From: an uncultured Spirochaetia bacterium
GTDB taxonomy: Bacteria > Oederibacteriota > PGYV01 > CAYNMZ01
Assembly (NCBI GenBank): GCA_964398505.1
Contig: CAYNMZ010000001.1
Location: 394 to 64,393 of the forward strand
Reading direction: 5' to 3'
DNA: 64,000 bases
This document shows positions 19,542-33,417 of the stretch, one piece after another (within the stretch, counting starts at the first letter, position 1; each line of letters opens with the position of its first letter). The notes under the pieces were generated by a model that saw only the letters and a program-made list of their open reading frames with translations, was not told where the DNA came from and did no database searches. The position numbers and the translations under genes were made by a program.

Positions 19542-20220
19542 CAGCCGCCTTCTGTTCATTCTTTTTCCTGTAAAAACTTGCCGGTTTCGTTCCCAGCACA
19601 TATACCCTGGCCTTTCGGCGTCCCCACTTGAAAGCTTCCTGCGTCGTGTTATAGCAAAGGTCTATTTTTTTGCCCTTAATGGCTCCTCCCACGTCTCCGG
19701 TCCAGGCGAACCCGTATCCGTCAACATATATTAGCCTTCTTAAAGGTATTACCCTCGGGTCCACTGCCGCAATGCCGTAGCGCGCTCGCCATCCAAGACT
19801 TGTTATTCCGGCCCATTCTACGCTGTTTGACTCAGGCGACGGGTCATAAGCCGTAGCTTCAACATCATGATAGACATGTACATATGTTTCTCTGGGAACG
19901 TTTATTGGATGCTTTTTATCGGAATTCCCAGTAATTTTCATTGCATTTTTTGGCTTTTTAATTATCCCTGTCCTGTAAACGGTTTCCTCGCCAAACTTTA
20001 TCCCTGCCAAAAAATATGCTTTTTTGACCGCGTTTGCAAACCCGGTCTCGCCTTCATCCAGCCATACGGTCCAGCCACTCTGTATAAAATCGCTTTTTCT
20101 CTCGATTATTTTAAAAGGAATTTCCTCTTTTACAAACACGGCTTTATTGTAATATGTTGAAGCGACAAATACGGCAAAAGTCCATAAAGATATAAACATG
20201 ATTTTTAATACTGTCCCCAA
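19531..20220 (-). CDS. 3D-domain (MltA-like) protein, secreted
   Basis: N-terminal TM/signal, C-terminal 3D domain with conserved Asp residues (GIAAVDPRVIPL...YVDGYGFAWTGDVGGAIKGKKIDLCY). Confidence 0.7.
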   Translation of the reverse strand: MGTVLKIMFISLWTFAVFVASTYYNKAVFVKEEIPFKIIERKSDFIQSGWTVWLDEGETGFANAVKKAYFLAGIKFGEETVYRTGIIKKPKNAMKITGNSDKKHPINVPRETYVHVYHDVEATAYDPSPESNSVEWAGITSLGWRARYGIAAVDPRVIPLRRLIYVDGYGFAWTGDVGGAIKGKKIDLCYNTTQEAFKWGRRKARVYVLGTKPASFYRKKNEQKAAANQ

Positions 20221-20221
20221 A

Positions 20222-21292
20222 TCAGGCCACCATTTTCCTTGTCTTTACGGAATATAGCCTGAATTTTCCCGTCTTTCCCTTAAGCTCAGCCGCCGGAAGT
20301 TCTTCAACAACCACATTTTTTTCCACCAAAGCGTATATATCGTCGCTTATTATCACCTGCCCGGGGCCTGCCTTTGAACAAAGCCTGCTTGCAAGGTTCA
20401 CCGTATCGCCAATTACCGTATATTCCATCCTTTGCTCGGAACCTACGGTTCCTGCTGTCACAATACCGCGCGCAAGCCCGATTCCAAGCCCAATATTGAG
20501 TTCTCCGCCCGCCTTATCTTTCCATTTTTTTAAAAGTATTTGGAAAGCTGTCTGAACGTCAAGTGCCGCTATTATTGCCTGGTCACAGTCAAGGTATCCC
20601 CTGTGCTTTGCGGGCTCGTCAAAAACCGCTAAAATGGCATCGCCTATATATTTGTTTACCCTGCCATAATGCCTGTTTATTATCGTTGTTGCCTCTGTAA
20701 AATATTCATTAAGTATTTTTACAACTTCGTCAGCCCCTCTTGATTCAGTAAAAGAAGTAAACCCCCTCAAGTCCGAGAAAAAAATGGTCGCTGTCTTTTT
20801 CCTGTTTCCCAGGTACACTTCACCCGAACTTCTGCCTTCCAAGTGCTCCTTTACGGCAGGGTCAAGATGCCTCTCCACGGCCTTGCAGAATTTTTCCCTG
20901 TCGTCATTTACGTTATCAAATATACCCAGCAGTGTTGAAAGCACGCGTATATTCTCATTGTATATCCCCTGGATCCGAAAACTTTTTTTTCTCGCGTATC
21001 CTGGAGGCAGCAGCTGCCTTGCGGTCATCTCGTAAAGAATATGGCTCAAAAATTTTTCAAGAGCCGACTTCCCGGAAAATACTGAAATCAGAAAAACAGG
21101 CAAACCGAAAAAAACCGCGCCTAACGCGGCTGCAGAAACATATTCCGACACAGGCTTTACCGCATTGATTGATGAAAAAAAAGACAGAAAAACAGGATAA
21201 ATTGGGTCATAAACAAGGCCCATAACAATTCCGAGAAAGACGCTTAAAACAAATATGCCCTTTAAAGAATATTTTTTTTCAGGTTTTCCCAT
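20222..21292 (-). CDS. Membrane-anchored class III adenylate/guanylate cyclase
   Basis: N-terminal TM helices then CHD domain (FFSDLRGFTSFTE...YIGDAILAVFD...GTVGS); start moved to ATG 21292 (MGKPEKK), which has an AAGGAA RBS. Confidence 0.8.
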   Translation of the reverse strand: MGKPEKKYSLKGIFVLSVFLGIVMGLVYDPIYPVFLSFFSSINAVKPVSEYVSAAALGAVFFGLPVFLISVFSGKSALEKFLSHILYEMTARQLLPPGYARKKSFRIQGIYNENIRVLSTLLGIFDNVNDDREKFCKAVERHLDPAVKEHLEGRSSGEVYLGNRKKTATIFFSDLRGFTSFTESRGADEVVKILNEYFTEATTIINRHYGRVNKYIGDAILAVFDEPAKHRGYLDCDQAIIAALDVQTAFQILLKKWKDKAGGELNIGLGIGLARGIVTAGTVGSEQRMEYTVIGDTVNLASRLCSKAGPGQVIISDDIYALVEKNVVVEELPAAELKGKTGKFRLYSVKTRKMVA

Positions 21293-21947
21293 TTTTTTGT
21301 TCCTTGAACAGCGATTCAATAATGTTGAAATTAGTTTCCTTCAAATCCGATACAATCAAATCCGCTCCATTGATAGGATTTATCTTTTCCCTTCTTATGC
21401 CCACGCATTTCATTCCAGCGGCAATTGCGGCCTGTATTCCTGTCTGAGCATCCTCAAATACCACGCATTCAGAAGGCTTAAGCCCCAGTTTTCTGGCTGC
21501 TTTTATAAAAATATCAGGGTACGGCTTCCCCCTTTTGACATATGCGCCCTCGGCATCAACGTCAAAGAGGCTGTACAAACCTGCCTTTTTCAGACTGTTT
21601 GCTGCGTTGCGTGATGAAGATGCCATGGCTATCCTTATATTCCTTTTCTTCAGTTGTTTTATAAGTCTAACCGTCGAACTGAAAACCTTAATTTTGCCGG
21701 CGCTAAGGTATTTCAAAAAATACTCCTGTTTTTCCGCAAATACCTTATCTATCTGCTTTCTTGAAAAACCCGGAAGTATCCGCTTTGCTCCCTTGGCCCT
21801 TGGCAGCCCATCCACTTTGGACTTAAAATCACGGTATGTGAATTTAATTCCGTATTTTCTCAGCGCTGACTGCCATGACCTGTGATGTATGCGAGCTGTG
21901 TCTATTACTACTCCATCCACATCAAAAACAGCACCTTTAAAAGCCAT
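21279..21947 (-). CDS. HAD-superfamily hydrolase (beta-phosphoglucomutase-like subfamily IA)
   Basis: Motif I FDVDGVVID, motif IV at the C-terminal part; 222 aa. Confidence 0.75.
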   Translation of the reverse strand: MAFKGAVFDVDGVVIDTARIHHRSWQSALRKYGIKFTYRDFKSKVDGLPRAKGAKRILPGFSRKQIDKVFAEKQEYFLKYLSAGKIKVFSSTVRLIKQLKKRNIRIAMASSSRNAANSLKKAGLYSLFDVDAEGAYVKRGKPYPDIFIKAARKLGLKPSECVVFEDAQTGIQAAIAAGMKCVGIRREKINPINGADLIVSDLKETNFNIIESLFKEQKNGKT

Positions 21948-21975
21948 GTATGCTCCCTGTTTTTTTTCGGGTATT

Positions 21976-22638
21976 TCATGAGCAATAGGACTTGAGCCTT
22001 GACATATCTGTTATACTTATTTTCCTGTTGCTTGTGGTTATCGCGCCATCACCCGCCATCTGCTTCAAAGTCCTTGTGATAGTCTCCCTTGTTAAGCCTG
22101 CCATGTCAGCTATTTCCTGGTGGGTAAGCTTAACCTCGCTGTTTTCACATGAAAAATCCACAAGTACACACGCTACCCTTGTCTTAGCGTCGCCGAGTGC
22201 AAGATTCTTTATATCCCTGTCAGCTCTGGCCAGCCTGTGACAGAGTGTCTTTATTATCTGCAGAGATATGGAAGGTTCGCTGTTTATCATATGCTCAAAC
22301 TTTTCCCTGGTAATGCTCAATGTCATGGTTTTTTCCAGAGCCTCCACTGTAGCGCTCCTTGCTTCCTTTGTCAAAAGCGCCATCTCGCCGAAGCTCTCAC
22401 GTTCCTTTAACACAGCCAGGGTCTTTGTCCTGCCTTCCCTGGTATATTTTATTATCTTTACACTGCCCTTTGCTATTATATGCAGGGTGTCGCCATTTTC
22501 GCCCTCGGAAAAGATTATTCCGCCTTTTTCATAGAAATTCTCCTTTATATTCTCTGCGATTGTCTCAAGGCCTTTTTCCGCCACTTCACCGAAAAGATGC
22601 GACTGCTTAAGAATCGCGATTACCTGTTTTTTATTCAT
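21976..22638 (-). CDS. Crp/Fnr-family transcriptional regulator
   Basis: cNMP-binding domain (IFSEGENGDTLHIIAKGSVKI...RESFGEMALL) plus C-terminal HTH (HQEIADMAGLTRETITRTLK). Confidence 0.85.
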   Translation of the reverse strand: MNKKQVIAILKQSHLFGEVAEKGLETIAENIKENFYEKGGIIFSEGENGDTLHIIAKGSVKIIKYTREGRTKTLAVLKERESFGEMALLTKEARSATVEALEKTMTLSITREKFEHMINSEPSISLQIIKTLCHRLARADRDIKNLALGDAKTRVACVLVDFSCENSEVKLTHQEIADMAGLTRETITRTLKQMAGDGAITTSNRKISITDMSRLKSYCS

Positions 22639-22661
22639 GCATTATTTCTCCGTTTCACGAA

Positions 22662-25550
<2,889 letters not shown>

Positions 25551-25554
<4 letters not shown>

Positions 25555-25832
25555 TGTTTCAGCCTGAGCACTACATCACCTACGGCTTCCCTTCCCAGCA
25601 TCCTGTTTACCGAAATCTTTATCTGCTTTTTCCTGTAAGAAAGCTCGTTTAAAACAGCGCTGTTGTCGGCTTCTATAAAGAGCTTTTTTTTGTCCAGTTT
25701 AAATGGCACCGCACCTTTCGCGTAATCACCCGCAATTTCCGGCCATTTTTCAACAAGCGTTCCAAGCTCATGCCTTTGATTCAACCCTGACTTTTTTAAA
25801 AAAGCGCTTACATACTGACTGATATGCTTCAT
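25551..25832 (-). CDS. dciA: DUF721 / DciA-like protein (putative replicative helicase operator)
   Basis: 93 aa; WPEIAGDYAKGAVPFKLDKKKLFIEADNSAVLNELSY fits the DUF721 consensus; classical position upstream of gyrB. Confidence 0.55.
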
Positions 25833-27211
25833 TTTTCATTCACAAAAAGAGGCGTGTCAAAATATACGCACGAGGATACTGCCGCCATTGGGTACATAAC
25901 CGCGCCCCTTTTATCCACCGTGCAGTTATAAACGGCCTCAGCCTTTATTGAAATATTTTTTGTGGCAAAGAACTCAAAACCCAGCCCTCCAAGCCCCGCG
26001 AAATTTATTGAATTGTACTTTTCCGAGGGGCTGTTGTCAAAATACTTTCGTTCATAAGACAAAAGCCCGACTCCGGCCCCTGCTTTAGCGAACGGAACAA
26101 AAAATACGTTCTTTTTATATCCCATGTACGCGTAAAAGGTCGCAAGGAACTGCGACATCTTGAAATTAAACTCATACAGCCCTTCTTTCATGCCGTTTGC
26201 CGAAGCCAGCTCCGCCTCCACCCCTCCCTTAAAAGCGCCTGTTATGTTAAAAGTGAATTCAGCCCTGGTGCCCCAGCCCATTTGCGACTCATTTGCCACA
26301 GCAGCAGGCGCAATTATATATATGAAACTTCCTCCAAAGCCTCCTGACACCCTCGCAGGCTCCTCATCCGGCCTTTTTAAGTTAAGGTATATCCTCAAAA
26401 GCGAGGAAAATGCGTCAGGATGAGCATAAAGGTCCAGTTTTCTTTTTTCATAGGGCCTGAAAACCGCCTCACCAACCTTTGAGTTATTCTTCCTGTCAAA
26501 TATCTGTTTTGCAACCGACGCGTCGTCGTCAGTACCCCAGTAATTGTCTTTTGCTTCAACAGAATCAGGCGTAAAATTCGTAAGCGAAATCCTGTTTTCA
26601 ATGAAATTATTTTTCCTTATTATACTGCCATGCTTTTCCGCTTCGTTCAGGTATACTGCGAACCTGTTCCTTATAAAATTGTTGCCTTCGGCAATAAACT
26701 TAGCGTGCTTTCCTCCGGCGTATATTCCGTAAGTGCACCCGTAAAACACATTGTCCCTCACAGAGGCTTCAGCGAAATTACCCAGAAGCACGCCTGTGGC
26801 GTTGGCGAAATAGTTGTTCGCCAGTATTATAGGAGAACCTTCCGAGGCAACAGCCCCACGTATAACAATACAAAATTCCAGGGTATTCTTGTACTTTCCC
26901 TTGAACACCAGTCCCTCATAAAAACTCTCACCGTCAAAAGGTATGAACCTCACCGGGTTCGCGGGTTCCCCCCTGGCGTAAAGCGCGCCTTTCACCTCTA
27001 TTTTCCCGGCTTCCTTAAATTTCACGACAGTACCGGGATGTATTGTCAAAAAACCCCTCGGCCCGATTGTAACCGTATTTTCAATTATGTACGGAGACCT
27101 GGATGCTGTCCAGTTCTCGCTCCTGTCAATGCTCCCTGACACATGAGTCTCAACCGCTGCAAACAGCCAGGCAGGCCATAAAAAAAGGAGTAGAGCCGCG
27201 CTTTTTCTCAA
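25829..27211 (-). CDS. Secreted right-handed parallel beta-helix protein fused to a C-terminal outer-membrane beta-barrel domain
   Basis: Signal peptide, then beta-helix repeats (NNYFANATGVLLGN...NNFIRNRFAVYLN...NNFIENRI), then about 190 aa with alternating amphipathic strands typical of small OMP barrels. Confidence 0.55.
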   Translation of the reverse strand: MRKSAALLLFLWPAWLFAAVETHVSGSIDRSENWTASRSPYIIENTVTIGPRGFLTIHPGTVVKFKEAGKIEVKGALYARGEPANPVRFIPFDGESFYEGLVFKGKYKNTLEFCIVIRGAVASEGSPIILANNYFANATGVLLGNFAEASVRDNVFYGCTYGIYAGGKHAKFIAEGNNFIRNRFAVYLNEAEKHGSIIRKNNFIENRISLTNFTPDSVEAKDNYWGTDDDASVAKQIFDRKNNSKVGEAVFRPYEKRKLDLYAHPDAFSSLLRIYLNLKRPDEEPARVSGGFGGSFIYIIAPAAVANESQMGWGTRAEFTFNITGAFKGGVEAELASANGMKEGLYEFNFKMSQFLATFYAYMGYKKNVFFVPFAKAGAGVGLLSYERKYFDNSPSEKYNSINFAGLGGLGFEFFATKNISIKAEAVYNCTVDKRGAVMYPMAAVSSCVYFDTPLFVNEK

Positions 27212-27227
27212 TGTTTCACCGGCCTTT

Positions 27228-29723
27228 CTACTTTATAATGTCCGACCCCTTGTCATCCTCAAGGTCCGGAAGCGGCGGCAGTTCGTCCGGAAGCGGCGGC
27301 AGCGGTTGCTCTTTTTTCGGCTGCGTCTGCGTCTTTAAAAGTTCTTCCGGAACCTTCACTGAGCTTCCCGGCATTTCCCTCTTCTTCTCAACAACGGGAA
27401 CATCAAGGTTTAATATGTCCGTCACTGTAGGCACGGCCTTTTCAGGCTGTTTTTCTGCAGGCTTGATCTGAGCAGGAGCCGCCGGTGCCGCGGCGGAAAA
27501 ATCCGGCTTTACCGTTTCTGCCGCCGGCTTTATCTGAATCTCCGGTTTTGACTCAAGGCCGGGCCTTGACTCCTGTTTTGATGCCCTGCTACCCTGTTTT
27601 TTCGGCAGGGATATTACAAATGTTTTTCCTTTTCCTATCTCGGATTCAACCCATATTTCCCCGGCCATACTGTTCACAACAGCCTTTAATATTGGGAATC
27701 TCAGGCCTGTATTTACAAATTCCGGGCCAGCCACCGATTCCGGGCCATGAAAATTTATGAATAGTGCCGCAGCTTTTGCCTGCGGCATGCTCATTCCAAA
27801 ATCGCTTATTCTCACCTGGACATCATCGCCCGCTTCCCTCGTCTCAACAATGACCTGCCCTCCCCTTGGCGAGACTTTTATTGACTGGTTTAAAATCTGG
27901 TTTATGACATTTGACAGCCTGGCAGGGTCACCGAAAGCCGTCGGAAGCGAAGGTGAAAAATTAACTTTCAGTTCAACTTTCTTTATATCAGCCTGCGGCT
28001 GTATCGCGAAAACAATATCCTGTATTATGTTGTTTATTTCCACTGGCTGGCTTACGGCCTTTATGTCACCTTTTTCCAGTTTTGCAAGTTCTGTCAGGTC
28101 GTTTATAAGCCTTTCAAGCCTTGCTGACTTGTTAATTACCACGCCAAGAAACTGCTGCTGTGCGTCTGTAATCTTGCCTTCACCGCCCAGTACCGAAGAT
28201 ATATAAGTTTTTATGACCGAAAGTACGCCTTTAAGTTCGGTATTCATCATAAGCACCGAATCCATCCTCATATTTTCCTTTTCAAACGGTACTTTTACGT
28301 CCGATGACTTCTTTGCTTCCTGCCTTAACTGCTCTGTCTCTTTCTGAAGAACAGATATCTTCTGCTCAAGAACCGCTTTCTCCGTCTCGGCCCTTTTTTG
28401 CAGGGCTTTTTTCTCAGACTCTGTTTGCTCCGTTATTTTCTGAAGTTTTTCCTCAAGAGAAGCTTTAGTGTTCTCAGCGATTTTCAACGCGTCCCTTACT
28501 TGTGATATTTCCGCGTCAGCCCTGGAAGCCTCCCTTGAAAGCTCCTCCTCAAGTTCCTTTGACATCTGCGAAAGCTTATACGACTTTTCCTCGGCAGCTT
28601 TTATCCTGCCTTTTAATATAATAAGTGAGTCTATCAACTTCCTATAATCGCCTGAACGTTCCTTAGGCAGCATGTCCTGGAAACTTTCCTCGTCTATCCT
28701 GGTGAGCGCCTTGACTATTCTATTAAGTGGTGTAAAAGGCAACGATACAGAATAAAGCAACAGCGCAAGACCTATTATAAAAGCAAACGCGATTATTCCG
28801 TAAACCGGTATTATAAATTTGATGTCCATGAAGCTTGACTCAATCTGTTTTGTCTTTTTCTTCATGAAAGCGTAATCATCATAAGGAGTAAAAACGCAGG
28901 CAATTAAACCTGTAGAAGACGATTTTTTGTAGCCAAAAAGTCCCTTTTTCCCGGCATAATTGCCTTCTTTTATACCTTCACTGGTTCCGTCATCCTCAAG
29001 AACGGGTTTTATGTCAGCCAGGCCTGCTACACTTTCAACGCCTTCCTTTGCCTTTTCAGTACTTAAAAGCACGCTTCCGGAAGTATCTATTATCATATTA
29101 ACACCGCCGGCAGACTGCCTGTCAGCGCGGACCTTTTTTGTGGCTTGATCAATATTTTTCCTTACATAAAGCACCGATACAAGCCTGTCCTTAGTGTCAA
29201 TGATAGGCACGAAAAATTCCGCTGTTCCTCCGGAAAAATCTATATCCCTTGTCATCTTTTGTGAAGGAATCGCCTGAAGAAATTTTGTGTTTCCCCTGAA
29301 CGAAAGCTTAAGTAATTCTGGCTTGTTCGCGGAAAGGACATTGCCATTCTTAAATAGAAGGGCAAGGCCGTCCTCTGACTGCTTTGCGTTCTTCTGAAAT
29401 TGTTCCCTTATTTTTTCTATGGCTTCCTGCTTTGAATAGCTGTAATTCTTTATTATGCGGTCTTCAATGATAGGTGAATACTTCTGCTTTATATTTTTCT
29501 CAGACAGAGTCTCAATGAACTGCGCAATTTGTTCAAGCTTTCCTGAAACCTGAGCCTTTATAACCTCAACTTCCTTCTGATTTTCAGCCCACATAATTTT
29601 TGCGTTAATGGCGTTAAGCTGCGCCATCCTGGCGTTGTCATAATAATAAAACAGCCCTGCCGGAACTCCCGTAAGTATCAGGGCCGCTATTATCAGTAAG
29701 AATGTAAGCTCTCCTTTTTTCAT
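27228..29723 (-). CDS. Membrane-bound histidine-kinase-like protein with extracytoplasmic sensor, long coiled coil, degenerate HisKA/HATPase and proline-rich tail
   Basis: Two TM helices flanking a roughly 280-aa outside domain; about 100-aa coiled coil; H-box position reads MNTELKGVL (no His); HATPase N-box present but G1 reads DFGMSM; C-terminal PLPPLPDELPPLPDL. Confidence 0.6.
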   Translation of the reverse strand: MKKGELTFLLIIAALILTGVPAGLFYYYDNARMAQLNAINAKIMWAENQKEVEVIKAQVSGKLEQIAQFIETLSEKNIKQKYSPIIEDRIIKNYSYSKQEAIEKIREQFQKNAKQSEDGLALLFKNGNVLSANKPELLKLSFRGNTKFLQAIPSQKMTRDIDFSGGTAEFFVPIIDTKDRLVSVLYVRKNIDQATKKVRADRQSAGGVNMIIDTSGSVLLSTEKAKEGVESVAGLADIKPVLEDDGTSEGIKEGNYAGKKGLFGYKKSSSTGLIACVFTPYDDYAFMKKKTKQIESSFMDIKFIIPVYGIIAFAFIIGLALLLYSVSLPFTPLNRIVKALTRIDEESFQDMLPKERSGDYRKLIDSLIILKGRIKAAEEKSYKLSQMSKELEEELSREASRADAEISQVRDALKIAENTKASLEEKLQKITEQTESEKKALQKRAETEKAVLEQKISVLQKETEQLRQEAKKSSDVKVPFEKENMRMDSVLMMNTELKGVLSVIKTYISSVLGGEGKITDAQQQFLGVVINKSARLERLINDLTELAKLEKGDIKAVSQPVEINNIIQDIVFAIQPQADIKKVELKVNFSPSLPTAFGDPARLSNVINQILNQSIKVSPRGGQVIVETREAGDDVQVRISDFGMSMPQAKAAALFINFHGPESVAGPEFVNTGLRFPILKAVVNSMAGEIWVESEIGKGKTFVISLPKKQGSRASKQESRPGLESKPEIQIKPAAETVKPDFSAAAPAAPAQIKPAEKQPEKAVPTVTDILNLDVPVVEKKREMPGSSVKVPEELLKTQTQPKKEQPLPPLPDELPPLPDLEDDKGSDIIK

Positions 29724-29752
29724 ATAAGTCCTCCCCGGGCGGCTTGGCCCGA

Positions 29753-32230
29753 TTATTCCTCTTCCTTTTCTTCTTCTTCCTCTGCTATCCTGGCCACAGC
29801 ACTCACCTTTTCCGCATCCTTAAGCTTGATGAGCCTTACGCCCTGGGTATTACGTCCTATAGTCTTTATATCAGCGACTTTTGTCCTGATAAGCGTTCCC
29901 TTCGTCGTTATTATCATAAGCTCATTAGTATCATCAACCAGCTTGATCGAAACAACCTGCCCGGTTTTTTCCGTTGCTTTTATATTTATTAATCCTTTGC
30001 CGCCCCTGCTCTGCATCCTGTACTCGGAAACCTTGGTCCTTTTGCCAAAACCGTTTTCTGTCACTGTAAGAAGTGTTCTATTCTTTTCATCCGCAGGTAA
30101 AACTGTCATGCTGACAACCTTGTCCTTTTTGGAAAGAGTAATCCCCTTAACGCCCATGCCTGTCCTTCCTATTTCCCTGAAGTCCTTCACCTTTGTCCTT
30201 ATTGCCATGCCTTCCCGGGTGGCGATGAAAAGCTCGTCCTTTTCGCCGGCTATCTTGGTCTCAATCAGGGAATCGCCGTCGTTGAGCCCTATCGCTATTA
30301 TGCCGCCTGACCTGGGATTGGAAAAAAGCTCAAGGTTTGACCTTTTTACAAGCCCGCTTTCTGTCACCATCATCAGGTACCTGTCGTTCTTGAATTCCTT
30401 TACAGAGACGTAGGCCGCTATCTTTTCGCCTTCCTCAAGCTTTAAAAGGTTTACTATTGCTTTCCCCCTTGTGTTACGCGCGCCTTCTGGTATTTCGTAA
30501 ACTTTCAGCCAATGGCAACGCCCTTTGGAAGTGAAAAACATAAGGTATTCATGGGTATTTGAAACAAAAAGGTCCTCCACGAAATCCTCATCCTTGGTGT
30601 CCATGGCAATTATTCCCCTTCCGCCCCTTTTCTGCGCCTTATACATGGAAACCGGTGTCCTTTTGATGTATCCGGCGTGGGTTATGGTCACAACCATATC
30701 CTCTTCCTGTATCAGGTCCTCGACGGAAAGTTCCTTTTCCCTCTGTATTATCTCCGTGCGCCTCGCGTCGCCGTACTTTTTCTTTATTTCTTCAAGCTCG
30801 CCGGCCATAAGCGCGAATATTTTTTTCTCGCTTGCGAGAAGCTCCTTTAAACTCTTTATCAGCTTCTGCAGTTCGTCATACTCCGCGTTTATCTTTTCAA
30901 TTTCAAGTGCCGTAAGCTGCTGCAGTCTCATGTCCAGTATTGCCTGCGCCTGAATCTCGGTAAGCTCAAAACTCTCAATTAACCCTTTTTTCGCGTCCTC
31001 AACGCTTTTTGATGCGCGTATAAGCTTTATAACCCTGTCAAGATATTTTAACGCAATTTTTAGGCCTTCAAGTATGTGAGCCCTTTTTTCAGCCTTGTCA
31101 AGCTCGAATTTTGCCCTGCGTATTATTATTTCCTTCCTGTACTCTATAAAATTATCTACAAACTCCTGTATATTTAATATCTTAGGCCTATTATTCACAA
31201 GGGCAAGAAATATTATTCCAAAAGTGGTCCTTAAGCTTGTATGTTTGTAAAGCTGGTTTAGAACTATCTCAGGATTTTCGTTTCTGCCTATCTCTATTAC
31301 CGCCCTCATGCCGTCCTTATCAGATTCATCCCTCAATCCCGTTATACCTTCTATCTTCTTGTCCCTGACAAGATCGGCAATACTTTCAATAAGCGCGGCT
31401 TTGTTTACCATGTAAGGCAGCTCGGTTATCACTATCTGCTGCCTGCCGTTCTTTTTTTCCTCGATTTTCGCCTTTGCCTGCATAGTAACGGAGCCTCTGC
31501 CCGTTTTATAAGCGGATTTTATTCCTTCCATGCCGATTATATAAGCGCCTGTCGGAAAATCCGGGCCCTTTATTATCTTTAATATGTCATCTATAACATT
31601 TTTCTTTTCCAAATTTTCAAGCCTGAAAATAACCGCGTCAATTACCTCGGTCAGGTTGTGGGGGGGTATGTTTGTGGCCATGCCTACAGCGATGCCGGAA
31701 GAGCCGTTCACAAGAAGATGCGGAAACCCTACAGGAAAAATTACAGGTTCTGTGTTTGATTCGTCATAAGTTGGGATGAATTCAACCGTATTCTTGTCTA
31801 TATCCGTTATTAACTCCTCTGATATTTTTGCCAGCCTTGCCTCTGTATAACGCATTGCCGCGGGCGGGTCTCCGTCAATTGAGCCGAAGTTTCCCTGGCC
31901 CTGCACAAGCGGCATCCTGTACGTGAAATCCTGCGCCATCCTGACCATAGTGTCGTAAATGGCCTTATCGCCGTGCGGGTGGTAATTACCCATGACTTCG
32001 CCGACAATCTTTGCTGATTTCCTGTAGGGCTTGTTGTAATGGAGCCCCATTGTATACATGGTGTAAATTATCCTTCTTTGCACGGGCTTTAGACCGTCCC
32101 TGATATCCGGCAGCGCCCTTCCCACAATGACGCTCATTGAATAATCAAGGTATGAAACTTTCATCTGCTCCTCTATCGGGGCTGGCACAACTTTTACGGC
32201 CGTCGGAGGCTGTAGGGGTTTTTCGTCCAT
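29753..32230 (-). CDS. gyrA: DNA gyrase subunit A
   Basis: [27 protein letters not shown], active-site Tyr region, C-terminal beta-pinwheel repeats and acidic tail EEEEEKEEE; AGGAGAA RBS before ATG 32230. Confidence 0.95.
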   Translation of the reverse strand: MDEKPLQPPTAVKVVPAPIEEQMKVSYLDYSMSVIVGRALPDIRDGLKPVQRRIIYTMYTMGLHYNKPYRKSAKIVGEVMGNYHPHGDKAIYDTMVRMAQDFTYRMPLVQGQGNFGSIDGDPPAAMRYTEARLAKISEELITDIDKNTVEFIPTYDESNTEPVIFPVGFPHLLVNGSSGIAVGMATNIPPHNLTEVIDAVIFRLENLEKKNVIDDILKIIKGPDFPTGAYIIGMEGIKSAYKTGRGSVTMQAKAKIEEKKNGRQQIVITELPYMVNKAALIESIADLVRDKKIEGITGLRDESDKDGMRAVIEIGRNENPEIVLNQLYKHTSLRTTFGIIFLALVNNRPKILNIQEFVDNFIEYRKEIIIRRAKFELDKAEKRAHILEGLKIALKYLDRVIKLIRASKSVEDAKKGLIESFELTEIQAQAILDMRLQQLTALEIEKINAEYDELQKLIKSLKELLASEKKIFALMAGELEEIKKKYGDARRTEIIQREKELSVEDLIQEEDMVVTITHAGYIKRTPVSMYKAQKRGGRGIIAMDTKDEDFVEDLFVSNTHEYLMFFTSKGRCHWLKVYEIPEGARNTRGKAIVNLLKLEEGEKIAAYVSVKEFKNDRYLMMVTESGLVKRSNLELFSNPRSGGIIAIGLNDGDSLIETKIAGEKDELFIATREGMAIRTKVKDFREIGRTGMGVKGITLSKKDKVVSMTVLPADEKNRTLLTVTENGFGKRTKVSEYRMQSRGGKGLINIKATEKTGQVVSIKLVDDTNELMIITTKGTLIRTKVADIKTIGRNTQGVRLIKLKDAEKVSAVARIAEEEEEKEEE

Positions 32231-32310
32231 GTTTTTATAATTCTCCTGTATTTTTTAATTCCTGCCGTTCAAAAACGGCGCTTTATGGCGCTCGCCGCGT
32301 TTTGCCACCG

Positions 32311-33417
32311 TCATTTCCTTATCGGCATAACCACATAAATAAAGCTTTCATCGCCCGCGGGTTTTATAACGCCGGGGTTCATGGAGCTTATCAGCTTGAT
32401 CTCAACTTCCGGCGTTTCCGTCACTTTCAAGACGTCCATGAGATACGAGGCGTTATAGGACACCTCAATGGGCTCGCCGTCGTACTTGGCGTCAATTTCC
32501 TCATAAGCTTCGCCCTCGTCCTGTGCCTGCGCGTTTATGAACATCTTGTCCTTTTCAAATTTCAGAATCACTATCCTCGCCTTGTCGCTGGATATTGTCG
32601 AGGCCCTGCGTATGCAGCTTTCCATCTCAGCCTTTGAAACAACGGCTGTCATCCCGAATTCCTTTGGTATCACCTGGCTGTAATTCGGGTAATTCTCGTC
32701 AGTTATCCTTGATATTATGTCTATATTATCCAGCTTAAATTCAACAACCTTGCCGTAGAAATTAATCTCTATATCCTTGTCGTCCTTCCCTTCTATTATC
32801 CTGGCCACTTCATTGATGGTTTTTAAGGGTATTATGTAGCTGAACTTGGCCTTTACCGATTTTTTCATTTCCTTTTTATAGAAAGCCAGCCTGTGCGCGT
32901 CAGTGGCAACAGCCTCCACTGTATTTCCCTCAAACTTGAAAAACACACCGTTTAAATTCCTTTTTGAAGTGTCCTTAAGCGCGGCGTATGATATGTTTTT
33001 AAGTATTTCCTTCAGCTGTTTTTGCGGCATGGTGATTGACTCAAGTTTTTTGTCTTCAGCCTGTAAAAGAGGGAAATCCTCTGCCGGAAGGCCGGGTATC
33101 CTGTATGAGGATTTCTTGCACTGAAGCTTTATATTGTCGTTTTTATCCGACTCTATTTTTATTTCATCATCCGTAAATTCCTTGATAAGCGACACAATCT
33201 TCCTGGGTATGGTTGTCCTTCCTGGTTCCTCAACCTTGCTTACCCTGCATTTTATCTTTACCGACATGTCCATATCAGTGGCTGAAAAATTCAGGGTATC
33301 CCCTTCTGCCTCAAAAAGTATGTTTGAAAGCAACGGCAGGGTGGATGTCGCTGGTATAAAACACTGGGCGATCTGCAGGGAGTCAAGGATTTCCTTTTTA
33401 TTTGTCTTTATCTTCAT
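32311..33417 (-). CDS. dnaN: DNA polymerase III beta sliding clamp
   Basis: 368 aa; three-domain beta-clamp, directly downstream of dnaA. Confidence 0.95.
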   Translation of the reverse strand: MKIKTNKKEILDSLQIAQCFIPATSTLPLLSNILFEAEGDTLNFSATDMDMSVKIKCRVSKVEEPGRTTIPRKIVSLIKEFTDDEIKIESDKNDNIKLQCKKSSYRIPGLPAEDFPLLQAEDKKLESITMPQKQLKEILKNISYAALKDTSKRNLNGVFFKFEGNTVEAVATDAHRLAFYKKEMKKSVKAKFSYIIPLKTINEVARIIEGKDDKDIEINFYGKVVEFKLDNIDIISRITDENYPNYSQVIPKEFGMTAVVSKAEMESCIRRASTISSDKARIVILKFEKDKMFINAQAQDEGEAYEEIDAKYDGEPIEVSYNASYLMDVLKVTETPEVEIKLISSMNPGVIKPAGDESFIYVVMPIRK

